A stretch of 64,000 bases of DNA from Candidatus Spongiisociaceae bacterium (lineage in GTDB: Bacteria > Actinomycetota > Acidimicrobiia > Spongiisociales > Spongiisociaceae), in contig CBDCOH010000002.1 of the NCBI GenBank assembly GCA_965219685.1, positions 2,528,001 to 2,592,000 on the forward strand, read 5' to 3'. The notes beneath the pieces are model-generated. The model searched no databases and was not told the origin of the DNA. It saw nothing but the letters and a program-made list of their open reading frames with translations. Position numbers and translations under genes: made by a program. Numbering within the stretch: position 1 is the stretch's first letter; each line of letters begins with the position of its first letter. Shown here in pieces: positions 9,921-19,241 of the stretch.

Positions 9921-12407
9921 GTGACCGACCCCTCGACAACGCTTCCGATCGACCTTCCCGAGACCCGGTACACGACCGGGGAATTGCCGTCGCGGGCCCA
10001 GGTCGTGGTGGTCGGCGGTGGAATCGTCGGGTGCTCGATCGCCTACCACCTCGCCAGGCGAGACATCACCGATGTTCTGCTCCTGGAGCAGAACACGCTG
10101 ACAGGAGGGACCACCTGGCACGCCGCCGGCCTCGTCAGCCAGCTGAAGGCCAGCCACAGCCTCACCAAACTTGCCACCTATACGACCCGCCTGTTCGAGG
10201 AACTGGAGGACGAGACCGGCCAGGCCACGGGTTACCGGACCACCGGATCGATTTCAGTGGCCTCGGACCAGGAGAGGTGGGAGGAGATATTGCGCGGCAT
10301 GTCCATGGCCAGGACCTCGGATGTGGAGATGGAGGTCATCGACCCCGAGCAAGCGCGCGAGATGTGGCCGTTGCTGCGCATCGACGACCTGGTGGGCACG
10401 GTCTTCATACCTGGTGACGGCCAGACCAGCCCGGTGGACACGACGATGGCGCTGGCGAAGGGAGCCAGGGACCGGGGAGTGACGATCCGCGAGGGAATCT
10501 CGGTGGAGCGCGTCCGCGTCGAGAACGGGACGGCGGTCGGCATCGAGACCGAAGCAGGCTACGTGGAGGCGGAGACAGTGGTCCTCGCCTGCGGTATCTG
10601 GACCCGCCAACTCGCTGCCTCCGCAGGAGTGAACGTACCCCTCCATCCCTGCGAGCACTTCTACGTGGTTACCGAGCCGCTCGACGGGATGCTGCCGGGG
10701 ATGCCGACGCTCCGTGATCCCACCAACTACACCTACTTCAAGGAGGAGACCGGCAAGCTGATGGCCGGTTTCTTCGAGCCGAAGGCAAAGACCTGGAAGT
10801 ACGAGGTTCCCCGGGACTTCTCGTTCGGCGCCCTCGGCGAGGATTGGGACCATATCGGACCGATCTTCGAGAGGTCCATCCACCGCATTCCCGCCCTGGC
10901 CGAGTGCGGTATCCAACTCTTCTTCAACGGTCCCGAGGCGTTCACACCCGACGGCGTCTACTACTTGGGCGAGTCTCCGGAAGTGGACAGCCTCTACGTG
11001 GCCGCCGGCTTCAACTCGGTCGGCATCCAGTCGGCCGGAGGAGCAGGCTGGGTGCTGGCGGACTGGATCGCCGACCGGCGCCCTCCGATGGACCTGTCCG
11101 CGGTCGACCTCCGCCGGGCCTTCCCATTCCAGGGTGAGAAGACCTACCTGGAGGACCGGATCTCTGAGAGCCTCGGGCTGCTGTACGCCATGCACTGGCC
11201 CTTCCGCCAGTTCGAGTCGGCCCGGGACGTGTTCCGGTCCGTTCTCCACGACCGCTTGGACGACCTGGGCGCGGTGTTCGGAGAGGTCGCCGGTTGGGAG
11301 CGGCCCAACTGGTTCGCGACCGGTGACATGGAACGCGAGTACAGGTACTCGTACGGCAAGCAGAACTGGTACCCGGCCTCCGCCGCCGAGTGCGAGGCCA
11401 CCCGCCGACGGGTCGCACTCTACGACCAGTCCTCCTTCGCGAAGTTCCAGGTACGGGGACCGGATGCCCTGGCCGTCCTGAACCACATCGGGACCGCCGA
11501 TGTCGACACGCCGCTGGGCAAGGTCTGCTACACCCAGTGGCTCAACGACCGGGGCGGTATCGAGGCCGACCTGACCGTCACCCGCACCGGCCCCGAGGAC
11601 TTCCTGGTGGTGACGGGAGCGGCCGCGGCCAACCGTGACTACCACACGCTGCGCCGGGCCCTGCGGGGCCGCGACGCCGAACTCACCGACACAACGATAG
11701 AACTCCCCACCATCGGTGTGATGGGCCCGCGGTCCCGGGCCCTGCTGGGGGCCCTGACCGATACCCCCCTCGACAACGTTTCATTCCCGTTCGGATGGTC
11801 ACGGGAGATGACGGTGGCCGGCATCCCCGTGCGAGCCCTCCGCGTCAGCTACGTCGGCGAACTGGGCTGGGAACTGTACGTAGCCGCCGAGGCCGCGGTG
11901 GACCTGTTCGACGCGGTGATGGAGGAAGGAAGGGCGCACGGGATCTATCCGGCCGGCTACCACACCATGAACACACTCCGCCTGGAGGCGGGATACCGGC
12001 ACTGGGGACATGACATCACCGACGAGGACACGCCGATCGAGGCCGGACTGGGCTTCACCATCGCGTGGGACAAGGAAGGCGGCTTCCTGGGACGCCAGGC
12101 CCTCCTTGCCCAGCGAGCCGCCGGGGTACCACCCAAACGGCTGGTCCAGTTCAAGCTGGAGGACCCCGAGCACATCGCCTACCACGACGAGCCGATCCGC
12201 CGCAACGGAGTCCTGGTCGGCCGCACCACCTCCGGAATGTACGGCCACACCTTCGGCACCTGCCTGGCGATGGGATACGTTCTCCGCGACGAGGGCGTAA
12301 CCCGCGAATGGATCGATACCGGGTCCTGGGACATCGAACTAGCGGGGGCGCGGATCCCCGTCGCAGCACAACTCCGTCCGTTCTACACCGCCAAAACCCG
12401 CAGCTAG
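9921..12407 (+). CDS. GcvT-family FAD-dependent oxidoreductase (dimethylglycine/sarcosine dehydrogenase-like)
   Basis: GGGIVG FAD motif; GTTWHAAG (covalent-FAD His); GWERPNWF; SYVGELGWEL and LRLEAGYRHWG folate-binding domain. Confidence 0.92.
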   Translation: MTDPSTTLPIDLPETRYTTGELPSRAQVVVVGGGIVGCSIAYHLARRDITDVLLLEQNTLTGGTTWHAAGLVSQLKASHSLTKLATYTTRLFEELEDETGQATGYRTTGSISVASDQERWEEILRGMSMARTSDVEMEVIDPEQAREMWPLLRIDDLVGTVFIPGDGQTSPVDTTMALAKGARDRGVTIREGISVERVRVENGTAVGIETEAGYVEAETVVLACGIWTRQLAASAGVNVPLHPCEHFYVVTEPLDGMLPGMPTLRDPTNYTYFKEETGKLMAGFFEPKAKTWKYEVPRDFSFGALGEDWDHIGPIFERSIHRIPALAECGIQLFFNGPEAFTPDGVYYLGESPEVDSLYVAAGFNSVGIQSAGGAGWVLADWIADRRPPMDLSAVDLRRAFPFQGEKTYLEDRISESLGLLYAMHWPFRQFESARDVFRSVLHDRLDDLGAVFGEVAGWERPNWFATGDMEREYRYSYGKQNWYPASAAECEATRRRVALYDQSSFAKFQVRGPDALAVLNHIGTADVDTPLGKVCYTQWLNDRGGIEADLTVTRTGPEDFLVVTGAAAANRDYHTLRRALRGRDAELTDTTIELPTIGVMGPRSRALLGALTDTPLDNVSFPFGWSREMTVAGIPVRALRVSYVGELGWELYVAAEAAVDLFDAVMEEGRAHGIYPAGYHTMNTLRLEAGYRHWGHDITDEDTPIEAGLGFTIAWDKEGGFLGRQALLAQRAAGVPPKRLVQFKLEDPEHIAYHDEPIRRNGVLVGRTTSGMYGHTFGTCLAMGYVLRDEGVTREWIDTGSWDIELAGARIPVAAQLRPFYTAKTRS

Positions 12408-12524
12408 ACCTCCGAAGGGCCGGTAGTCAACGTGTCATACCGGCGGGAGCCTTTACCTGACTCTACATAAGGTCCCAATGTTTAGGGATTGTCTTTGTCA
12501 CACGGATTCGGTACAACTTAGATC

Positions 12525-13814
12525 ATGGAGAACGAACATACGCTTGGTTGGCTGGAGGACACGACCGGCCCTGGCGCCGAAACCCTTGGGGCGTCGAACG
12601 GCTCCGCCGTTCGCACCGCGGACCGGATCGCAGCCGCACTCCGGGAGTTGGAACAGGTCCGCGTCGGACCGATGTCCCGGTCCGACGCGCAACATACCCT
12701 CGGGTTGTTGAGCCGGGCGCAGTCGGTGGTGAAGTCGTTGATGTGCGACGTGACCCGCCATGCGGCCCACGGGAAAACCGACACCGACCGCGCCGAGATA
12801 CTGCGACAGGGCGCCCGCCTACCCAGCCGCGAGTCGAAGAAGATGGCCAAGGTAGCCCAGCGACTCCAGGAGATGCCCAAAGTCAAGGAACGGTTCGCCA
12901 CCGGTCAGATCACCGTCGACCACGTCAACGCTCTGGCCAACGCCGCCGAGAAGGTAGGACCCCACGAGGTGGAAGCCGACGACAGCCTGATCGAAGCCGC
13001 CGACCAACTGCTTCCGGATAGCTTCGACCGGCATGCCCGTAAATGGTCCAACGAGAAGCTGATCGAACAGGGCATCGACCCGCTGGAACGTCAGCGGCGG
13101 GCGCGAGAAGCCAAGCTCTGGGTGGAGAAGGAGACCGGGCTCGGAGTGCTGATGGCCAAACTGCCCCGCCCCCAGTTCGAGCGCCTCCGCCAAGCCATCG
13201 ACAACCACTACATGCACCACCTGCGCCGGGACGGCGCCGACGGTCAGGATCCGGACCTGGTTCGGAGCCCGAAGCAGCGTCTCGCCGATGTCGTCTTCGA
13301 ATTGTCGACCAACCGGAGCGCGGACACCGGCGAGCCCATAACCGGAGCCGTAGGTGTGAAGGCCAAGGCCGCTACGCAACTCATCCTGTTGGCACCGTTC
13401 GGGGTGGTGGACGGAACGAACCCGGCCGCTCAAGTCAAGATGACCGGGGTCGGGCCGGTGCCCCGCAAGATCCTCGAGACCCTGACACCGGACACGGAAC
13501 TCGCCGGCATGGTCTTCGACCGGGCAGGCCGTCCCCTTTGGCTGGGCCGCAAGCAGCGCCTCGCAAACGCCGCTCAACGGTTGGCTGTGGCCATCCGCGA
13601 CGGGGGATGCTTCGAGTGCGGCGCTCCCATGCACCGCTGCGAACTCCACCACATCCGGGAGTGGCACCGCGACCGCGGCCCCACAGACATCGACAACCTC
13701 GTCGCCGTCTGCCGCCGACACCACAAGTGGTTGGAAACCAACAACCTCATAGTCCGACGGACCGCCGACGGCTACCAGACCCGGCCGCGCACCGGCCACG
13801 ACCCCCCGCGATGA
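12525..13814 (+). CDS. DUF222 (13E12 repeat family) protein with C-terminal HNH endonuclease
   Basis: GQITVDHV, QRLAD, LGRKQRLANAAQRLAVAIRDGGC and CELHHIREW...GPTDIDNLVAVCRRHH. Confidence 0.9.
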   Translation: MENEHTLGWLEDTTGPGAETLGASNGSAVRTADRIAAALRELEQVRVGPMSRSDAQHTLGLLSRAQSVVKSLMCDVTRHAAHGKTDTDRAEILRQGARLPSRESKKMAKVAQRLQEMPKVKERFATGQITVDHVNALANAAEKVGPHEVEADDSLIEAADQLLPDSFDRHARKWSNEKLIEQGIDPLERQRRAREAKLWVEKETGLGVLMAKLPRPQFERLRQAIDNHYMHHLRRDGADGQDPDLVRSPKQRLADVVFELSTNRSADTGEPITGAVGVKAKAATQLILLAPFGVVDGTNPAAQVKMTGVGPVPRKILETLTPDTELAGMVFDRAGRPLWLGRKQRLANAAQRLAVAIRDGGCFECGAPMHRCELHHIREWHRDRGPTDIDNLVAVCRRHHKWLETNNLIVRRTADGYQTRPRTGHDPPR

Positions 13815-14026
13815 CTATCACACTGGACTACCACCCGGCAAGCAGTTCGTGCGCCGAGCCCAGCTACATCGTCCTCTTCCCCCGGAATCCGATAAGCCGG
13901 TCTACTTCAGGCTGGCAACGGCTGCTGCGTGGCCGTCTGAGATGCCCGCGGCGGTCAACGGATCGGCCCGGCGGGCTGTTGGCGATCAGCACTATCCTTG
14001 GATCTACCGATACGAACCCCGCGGCA

Positions 14027-15085
14027 CTAGCCGTATTCCACGGTCAGTTGCGGGGTGATGGGAACGGCCTGGCAGGTGAGGATCATGCTGTCGGCGATGT
14101 CAGCGTCGGTGAGGGCCATGCGGGCGCGGAGGTGGACGTTGCCGCGGCGCAGGCGAGCCCGGCAGGCGCCGCACACTCCCGACTCGCAGGAATAGGGGGG
14201 AGTCTCGCCGGTGGCCCGCACCGCGTCCAGCACCGTCTGTCCCTCCGACACCGCTACCGACAGGGTCGCGCCTCCGAGCCACACCGTGGCCGCTGACGCG
14301 ATGCCCGCCACGGAGTCGTCGGGCGGCGCTGCCGGGCTGTAGCTCTCCATGTGAATGCGCGTATCCGGCACGTCCAGATCCATGAGCGCGGCCCGGACCG
14401 CAGCATTCATCCCTCCTGGACCGCATACGTAGTACTGCGTGTCCTGGGCGTAAGGCGGATGCTCGTTGATGAACAGGGCCACGGACCGGGCGTCGATCCT
14501 GCCCCGCCTCCAAGGCCGCAAGGACGAAGACCGGGTGGGAGAGGAGAGAACGTGGCACACCCTGAGACGGCCTCGAGACTCTTCCTCCAACCGGGCCAGG
14601 TCCTCTCGGAATATGGTGGATCCGGCGTTGACGTTGCCGTAGGCCAAGCGGGCCACCGAGTACGGCTCGGAGGCGAGAACCGAGCGGATCATGGCGAACA
14701 AAGGCGTGATCCCACTACCCGCGCCGAATAGGTAGTAAGTGCGCTGGGCTACGGGATCCGGATCCAGGTAGAAGCCTCCGAAAGGAGGCATCACTTCGAT
14801 GACATCCCCTGCGGACACCCGCTCGTTGATGTGATTGGAGACCAAGCCGCCCTTGTGCCGCTTCACCGTGACTCGCAGAGGTGCTCCGCCCTCCGGCGCG
14901 TCTGATACGGAGTAGGGACGGCGAACCTCGTCACCGCCGAGGTCAAAACGCAGGGTGACGTGCTGGCCGGCCTTCCAGCGAAACGTCTCCCTCAACGGTG
15001 GTGGAACCTCGAAGAGCACGCTGGTGGCGTGCCCTGCCTCGGCTCGGGTCTCCGTGACCCGCAGCCGCTGGAATCCACCCTTCAC
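14027..15085 (-). CDS. FAD/NAD(P)-binding reductase with C-terminal [2Fe-2S] ferredoxin (PaaE/KshB-like)
   Basis: RPYS, GAGSGITP, YVCGP and YSCESGVCGAC...LTCQA. Confidence 0.92.
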   Translation of the reverse strand: MKGGFQRLRVTETRAEAGHATSVLFEVPPPLRETFRWKAGQHVTLRFDLGGDEVRRPYSVSDAPEGGAPLRVTVKRHKGGLVSNHINERVSAGDVIEVMPPFGGFYLDPDPVAQRTYYLFGAGSGITPLFAMIRSVLASEPYSVARLAYGNVNAGSTIFREDLARLEEESRGRLRVCHVLSSPTRSSSLRPWRRGRIDARSVALFINEHPPYAQDTQYYVCGPGGMNAAVRAALMDLDVPDTRIHMESYSPAAPPDDSVAGIASAATVWLGGATLSVAVSEGQTVLDAVRATGETPPYSCESGVCGACRARLRRGNVHLRARMALTDADIADSMILTCQAVPITPQLTVEYG

Positions 15086-16227
15086 CGCTCTCGCTCAACC
15101 CAGGTCCGCACCAACTCCTGGTGACCCCGGACCCCTGCCTCCCCCATTGACGAAGGGCCGTGCTCGAAGTAGGGACTCTTGAGGGACCGCTGCTGCTGCT
15201 CGCAGGCATAGATGTCCTCCGCCATGAAGTCGCCCGAGCTCATCGGGTCGTCTCCGTCGCCCTGGTACTTGCCCGAGACGCGCCTGGCCCAGAAACCCCG
15301 TGAGCGCGCCGCTTGGCGCATGAAGGCCCGGTAGGGGGCGGCAGCGACCTTGGTGCGGATAACCACCCGCGTCCGCTCGGGAGCTAGAGGGATCACGTGG
15401 AACAGGGACCAGGAGCTCTCCGACTCACCCAGCCCGATGCCGGGAAAGAGCATCGGCACCCACGCGCCGGCCTGCTCTGCCGGGATGACCAGTGGATAGG
15501 GCGAGTTCTTCTCCACGTTCTCGGCGTAGTCCGGCGCGAGGGGCTCCCAAAAAGCGAAATGGGGACCTACGAAGCCCGCCTCGATGCGCGAGTGGTCGTA
15601 CATCGCCAATGTGCCGGAGTGGAGGTGCGCCAGGTGGTAGCCGTCGATGTAGTTCTCCACCACGATCTTCCAGTTGGCCTTGATGATGTGCTCGACACGG
15701 CCTTCCGGGTATTCGACCAGCTTGTCCACCTCGTGGGGGCCCAGGTGCGGCTCCACGTCGCCGAACCACTCCATGATGGAACCCGCGTTCTCATCGGGAT
15801 GCACCCACAGCATCCCCCGCCAAAGGTCCACCGAGGCCCTCCGCAGACCGATGCCGTCCAGATTGACGCCGGGGAACTGGCGTTCCCGGTCGGGAACGGA
15901 GATGAGGCATCCCTCCAGGTCATAGGTCCAGTCGTGGTAGGGGCAGACGATGGCTCGCTGGGTATGACCCACTGCCCGGAGCAGCTGCGTGCCGCGGTGG
16001 CGGCAGATGTTGTGAAAGGCCCGCAGCCGCCTGTCCCTTCCCATCACGATGAAGAGGTTGTTCAGCCCAGCCTGCACCGACACGTACCGGCCTGGCTCTG
16101 CCACATCCTCGGCCAAGCCGGCGCACGCCCAGGTGCGGGAGAATATGCGTTCCTGCTCGAGGTCGAACCACTCCCGTGAGGTGTAGGCCGCCACGGGCAG
16201 GATGGGCATCCGTCTGCGGTCAGGCAC
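15082..16227 (-). CDS. Rieske non-heme iron oxygenase alpha subunit
   Basis: Rieske CRHRG...CPYHDW; mononuclear iron ENYIDGYHLAHLH...EDIYAC. Start taken as GTG 16227 (or ATG 16209), not the 512-aa ORF. Confidence 0.9.
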   Translation of the reverse strand: MPDRRRMPILPVAAYTSREWFDLEQERIFSRTWACAGLAEDVAEPGRYVSVQAGLNNLFIVMGRDRRLRAFHNICRHRGTQLLRAVGHTQRAIVCPYHDWTYDLEGCLISVPDRERQFPGVNLDGIGLRRASVDLWRGMLWVHPDENAGSIMEWFGDVEPHLGPHEVDKLVEYPEGRVEHIIKANWKIVVENYIDGYHLAHLHSGTLAMYDHSRIEAGFVGPHFAFWEPLAPDYAENVEKNSPYPLVIPAEQAGAWVPMLFPGIGLGESESSWSLFHVIPLAPERTRVVIRTKVAAAPYRAFMRQAARSRGFWARRVSGKYQGDGDDPMSSGDFMAEDIYACEQQQRSLKSPYFEHGPSSMGEAGVRGHQELVRTWVERER

Positions 16228-16232
16228 AGCCC

Positions 16233-16520
16233 TTATCCGATCCAGAGCCGGGCGGTCTCGGGGAAGAGATCGTAGAAGATGATCATCCCGGAGAGAACCA
16301 GCCACGTAATGCTGATCGTCCAGAAGAGGGCGGGGCTCTCCGACCGGTCGATGGTCCGCACCATGAAAGCCTGTCCCGTCGCGATGCCGCCCCAAGCCCA
16401 GTAGAGAAAGAAGACTCCCCAGACCCACTGCCAGTCGACCCAGGTGGCCGCGAGCAGAGCCGCCAGAGCCAACACTGTCAGCAGCTTCGACCGGATCGCC
16501 AGATCCAGGTAATAACGCAT
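16233..16520 (-). CDS. Small multi-TM membrane protein upstream of the Rieske oxygenase
   Basis: 95 aa, Trp-rich hydrophobic helices; upstream AGGAGG; co-oriented with the oxygenase. Confidence 0.7.
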   Translation of the reverse strand: MRYYLDLAIRSKLLTVLALAALLAATWVDWQWVWGVFFLYWAWGGIATGQAFMVRTIDRSESPALFWTISITWLVLSGMIIFYDLFPETARLWIG

Positions 16521-17020
16521 CTCCGGCCCCGTACCTCCTGCGCGGCGTCATGGGTTTCGGTTCTTGTGGTGGTCGGCGTTGGGGCGACGTTAATCGGACT
16601 CCTCGAGTCTTGGTAGCCATCGGGGTTGAGGAGTCCGTAGGTCACACTTCGCTTGACTTGTAGGAGGTGGTTCATGCCCCCCTCGAGTGGTCCGTTGACG
16701 GCGTTGACGGAGCTATCCCCCGGCCCTATCGAGAAGAACCCGCGACATTGGGATTAGCGTGCTCGCGGAATTGGGATTACAGCACGGAGGGACCGGTTTT
16801 CGGAGCTGCCCCGCCCTCCGCCAAGCCGACACATGCCACTCAGGTAGCGGGATCCGACGACCTCGAACGGCAACTGTGAGTCTTGTTACTACCCAAGGGA
16901 AGTTGCACAGTCAGGCTAGACGTCGGCCCTGCACGTGTCGTCGCAGCGCTACTCCCACACATCACCGAAGAGCCGCATAATCCCGCAGCCGGAGCGCTAC
17001 CGGTGGCATCCTTGGTGCCG

Positions 17021-18358
17021 ATGATCTGCAGTTTCTGTGGGACTCGAGAGGAGGCTGCCCAAGCCATTGTTGCGGGGGCGCCGGGTGCCGCCATCTGTGA
17101 CAGGTGCGTCGAGCTCGCGGCCGTGATGGTCAAGGAGCGATTGACCCCCGTCGGGGACATGGTTCTCGACAACATCGGGACGCTGGCGACCAACGACGCC
17201 CGCTTCCCGGGCACCCTGGGTCTGGTGAGCGATGCGGTGGTTGCCACTCGCCGGGGCCGTGTTGTCTGGGCCGGACCCGCCGAACGGATCCCTCAGGGAC
17301 TGGATCCGCTACCGCGACTCGACTGCGGCGGCCGAGCGGTGATCCCCGGCCTGATCGATGCCCACACCCACATGCTCTTCGCGGGCGACCGAAGCGAGGA
17401 GTTCGCCCTGCGGGCTGCCGGCGTACCGCAAACCGAAGCGGCCGCGCGCGTCGGGGGTCCGCCAAAGACCGCGCTCGCGACCCGGATGATGGAGCTTGAC
17501 GACTTCGAGGAACTCGTCGGCAAGCGTCTCGATCGGATGCTCGAGACCGGGACGACCACGGCCGAGGCGGCAGCCGGCTACACCACGGACCATCAGGATG
17601 AACTGGACCTGCTGGAGGTGGCGGGTACGGTCAACGACAACCATCCTCTGGACCTCGTGGGCACCTTCGACGTGTCCCGGCTCCCGCTCATACCCCCGGA
17701 GCGGGAGAAGGATCTGAGCCGCTTGCAGCAGGGGGTGATCCCCGAAGTGGCCGGGCTGGGGTACACGATCCGCATCGGGTACGGAAGGGGATCGCTCACC
17801 CTGGCCGAGAGCCGCCTTCTCCTCTCGACGGGGTCCTCCCTCGGAGCCAGAACCCGTCTCCACTGCGAGGACACCGCTTCGGGGGAGCCGTACCGGCTGG
17901 CCCTGGAAACGGGGGCAACGGTCGTCGATCACTGCGGAAACCTCGATCGCCACCTGGCCAGACAACTGGGTGACGAAGGCATCGCCGTGGTCGCCACACC
18001 GATCACAACGCTGGCCGAGCGCGGCTTCAGACCCCGGCTCCGGGACCTGATCAGGGCAGGAGTGCCCGTTGCCCTGGGAACGGACTGCAGTCCGGCTCCG
18101 GTGCTGGCGGAGTCCTTGACGCTGGCGATCTCCCTAGCGGTCCTGGAGATGGGCCTGACACCGGACCAGGCAGTGTGGTCCGCAACCCGGGGAGGCGCTA
18201 TCGCCCTCGGCCTACCGGACCGCGGCTGGATCGGATACGGATCGACCGCCGACCTGGTGGTGCTCGACGCTCCCAATCCCACGTACCTCAGCTACCGGCC
18301 CGGTGCCGAACTGGTCTGGAAGGTGATCAAGAACGGCACTGTCGTGGTGAGCCGTTGA
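17021..18358 (+). CDS. HutI-like metal-dependent amidohydrolase with N-terminal ClpX-type C4 zinc finger
   Basis: ICSFCG...IVAGAPGAAICDRCVELA, then PGLIDAHTH, RLHCED, VDHC, ALGTDCSP and ATRGGAIALG. Confidence 0.8.
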   Translation: MICSFCGTREEAAQAIVAGAPGAAICDRCVELAAVMVKERLTPVGDMVLDNIGTLATNDARFPGTLGLVSDAVVATRRGRVVWAGPAERIPQGLDPLPRLDCGGRAVIPGLIDAHTHMLFAGDRSEEFALRAAGVPQTEAAARVGGPPKTALATRMMELDDFEELVGKRLDRMLETGTTTAEAAAGYTTDHQDELDLLEVAGTVNDNHPLDLVGTFDVSRLPLIPPEREKDLSRLQQGVIPEVAGLGYTIRIGYGRGSLTLAESRLLLSTGSSLGARTRLHCEDTASGEPYRLALETGATVVDHCGNLDRHLARQLGDEGIAVVATPITTLAERGFRPRLRDLIRAGVPVALGTDCSPAPVLAESLTLAISLAVLEMGLTPDQAVWSATRGGAIALGLPDRGWIGYGSTADLVVLDAPNPTYLSYRPGAELVWKVIKNGTVVVSR

Positions 18359-18425
18359 AACCACCCGGCGGCTCGCTCACAGGCGGGGATAGGAGACCCG
18401 GGAGTCAAGTTAACCTTGGCGCCGA

Positions 18426-19241
18426 ATGACCCGTCATCCCGCGCTGGCACACGAGCACCCGATTGCCATGGCCCACCGCGGATCGATGCTGTTGTGGCCC
18501 GAGAACACCATGACCGCCTTCCAGGAGGCGGTCGACTTGGGTTACAGGTACTTGGAGACCGATCTGCAGATCAGCCGGGACGGCGTCCTGGTGGCATTCC
18601 ATGACGACACCCTCGACCGCACCACCGACGGTTCCGGCCTCGTGTCGGACCACAGCATGGACGAACTCCGGAGACTCGATGCCGGATACCGTTTCGAGGC
18701 CGGCCGAGACTACCCGTACCGATCAGCCGGTGTACGGATACCGACGCTCGAGGAACTGGCGACCACCTATCCCGACCAGGTCTTCTCGCTCGACCTGAAG
18801 AGCGACGGCATGGAGGAGGCCCTCGTCGCAACGATCACGCGGCTCGACCTCTGGAACCGGGTCATCGTGGGGTCGTTCAGCGACGCCCGCCTCCGGCGCT
18901 TCCGTTCGCTCACCGACCGTCCGGTGGCAATGTCCGCCGGCCCCCGGGAGATTCTGCGCTTCGTGGCCGCCGCCCGCCTCCGCCTTCCCTTCCGGCCTCG
19001 ATGCGAGTCTTTCCAGGTACCCGTCAAGCAGGGGATTACGATCGTCAGCCCCGTAACCGTCCAAGCCGCTAACACGGCCGGGGTACCGATGATCGTCTGG
19101 ACCATCAACGACCCGGCGGAAATGCGGGAGCTACTCGACCTGGGTGTCGATGGGATCATCAGCGACCGGCCCGACCTGTTGCGGAGCCTGATCGAAGAGC
19201 GCAGCCAAGAAGCCGGACGCGAGAGGTCATCGGATGGGTGA
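18426..19241 (+). CDS. Glycerophosphodiester phosphodiesterase
   Basis: AHRG...PENT, ETDLQ, HDDTLDRTT, WTIND and GVDGIISDRP. Confidence 0.92.
   Translation: MTRHPALAHEHPIAMAHRGSMLLWPENTMTAFQEAVDLGYRYLETDLQISRDGVLVAFHDDTLDRTTDGSGLVSDHSMDELRRLDAGYRFEAGRDYPYRSAGVRIPTLEELATTYPDQVFSLDLKSDGMEEALVATITRLDLWNRVIVGSFSDARLRRFRSLTDRPVAMSAGPREILRFVAAARLRLPFRPRCESFQVPVKQGITIVSPVTVQAANTAGVPMIVWTINDPAEMRELLDLGVDGIISDRPDLLRSLIEERSQEAGRERSSDG

Noticed and set aside
10254-11645. Long antisense or alternate-frame ORFs (also 21987-23489, 22909-23907, 30516-31487, 33281-34300, 52294-53406, 61553-62548)
   Set aside because: Shadow ORFs of strongly biased high-GC genes, with no recognisable motifs.
16228-16620. 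N-terminal extension of the Rieske ORF to 512 aa
   Set aside because: Overlaps a better 95-aa membrane-protein gene on the same strand. Rieske homology starts near MPILPVAAY, and open frames are common at high GC.
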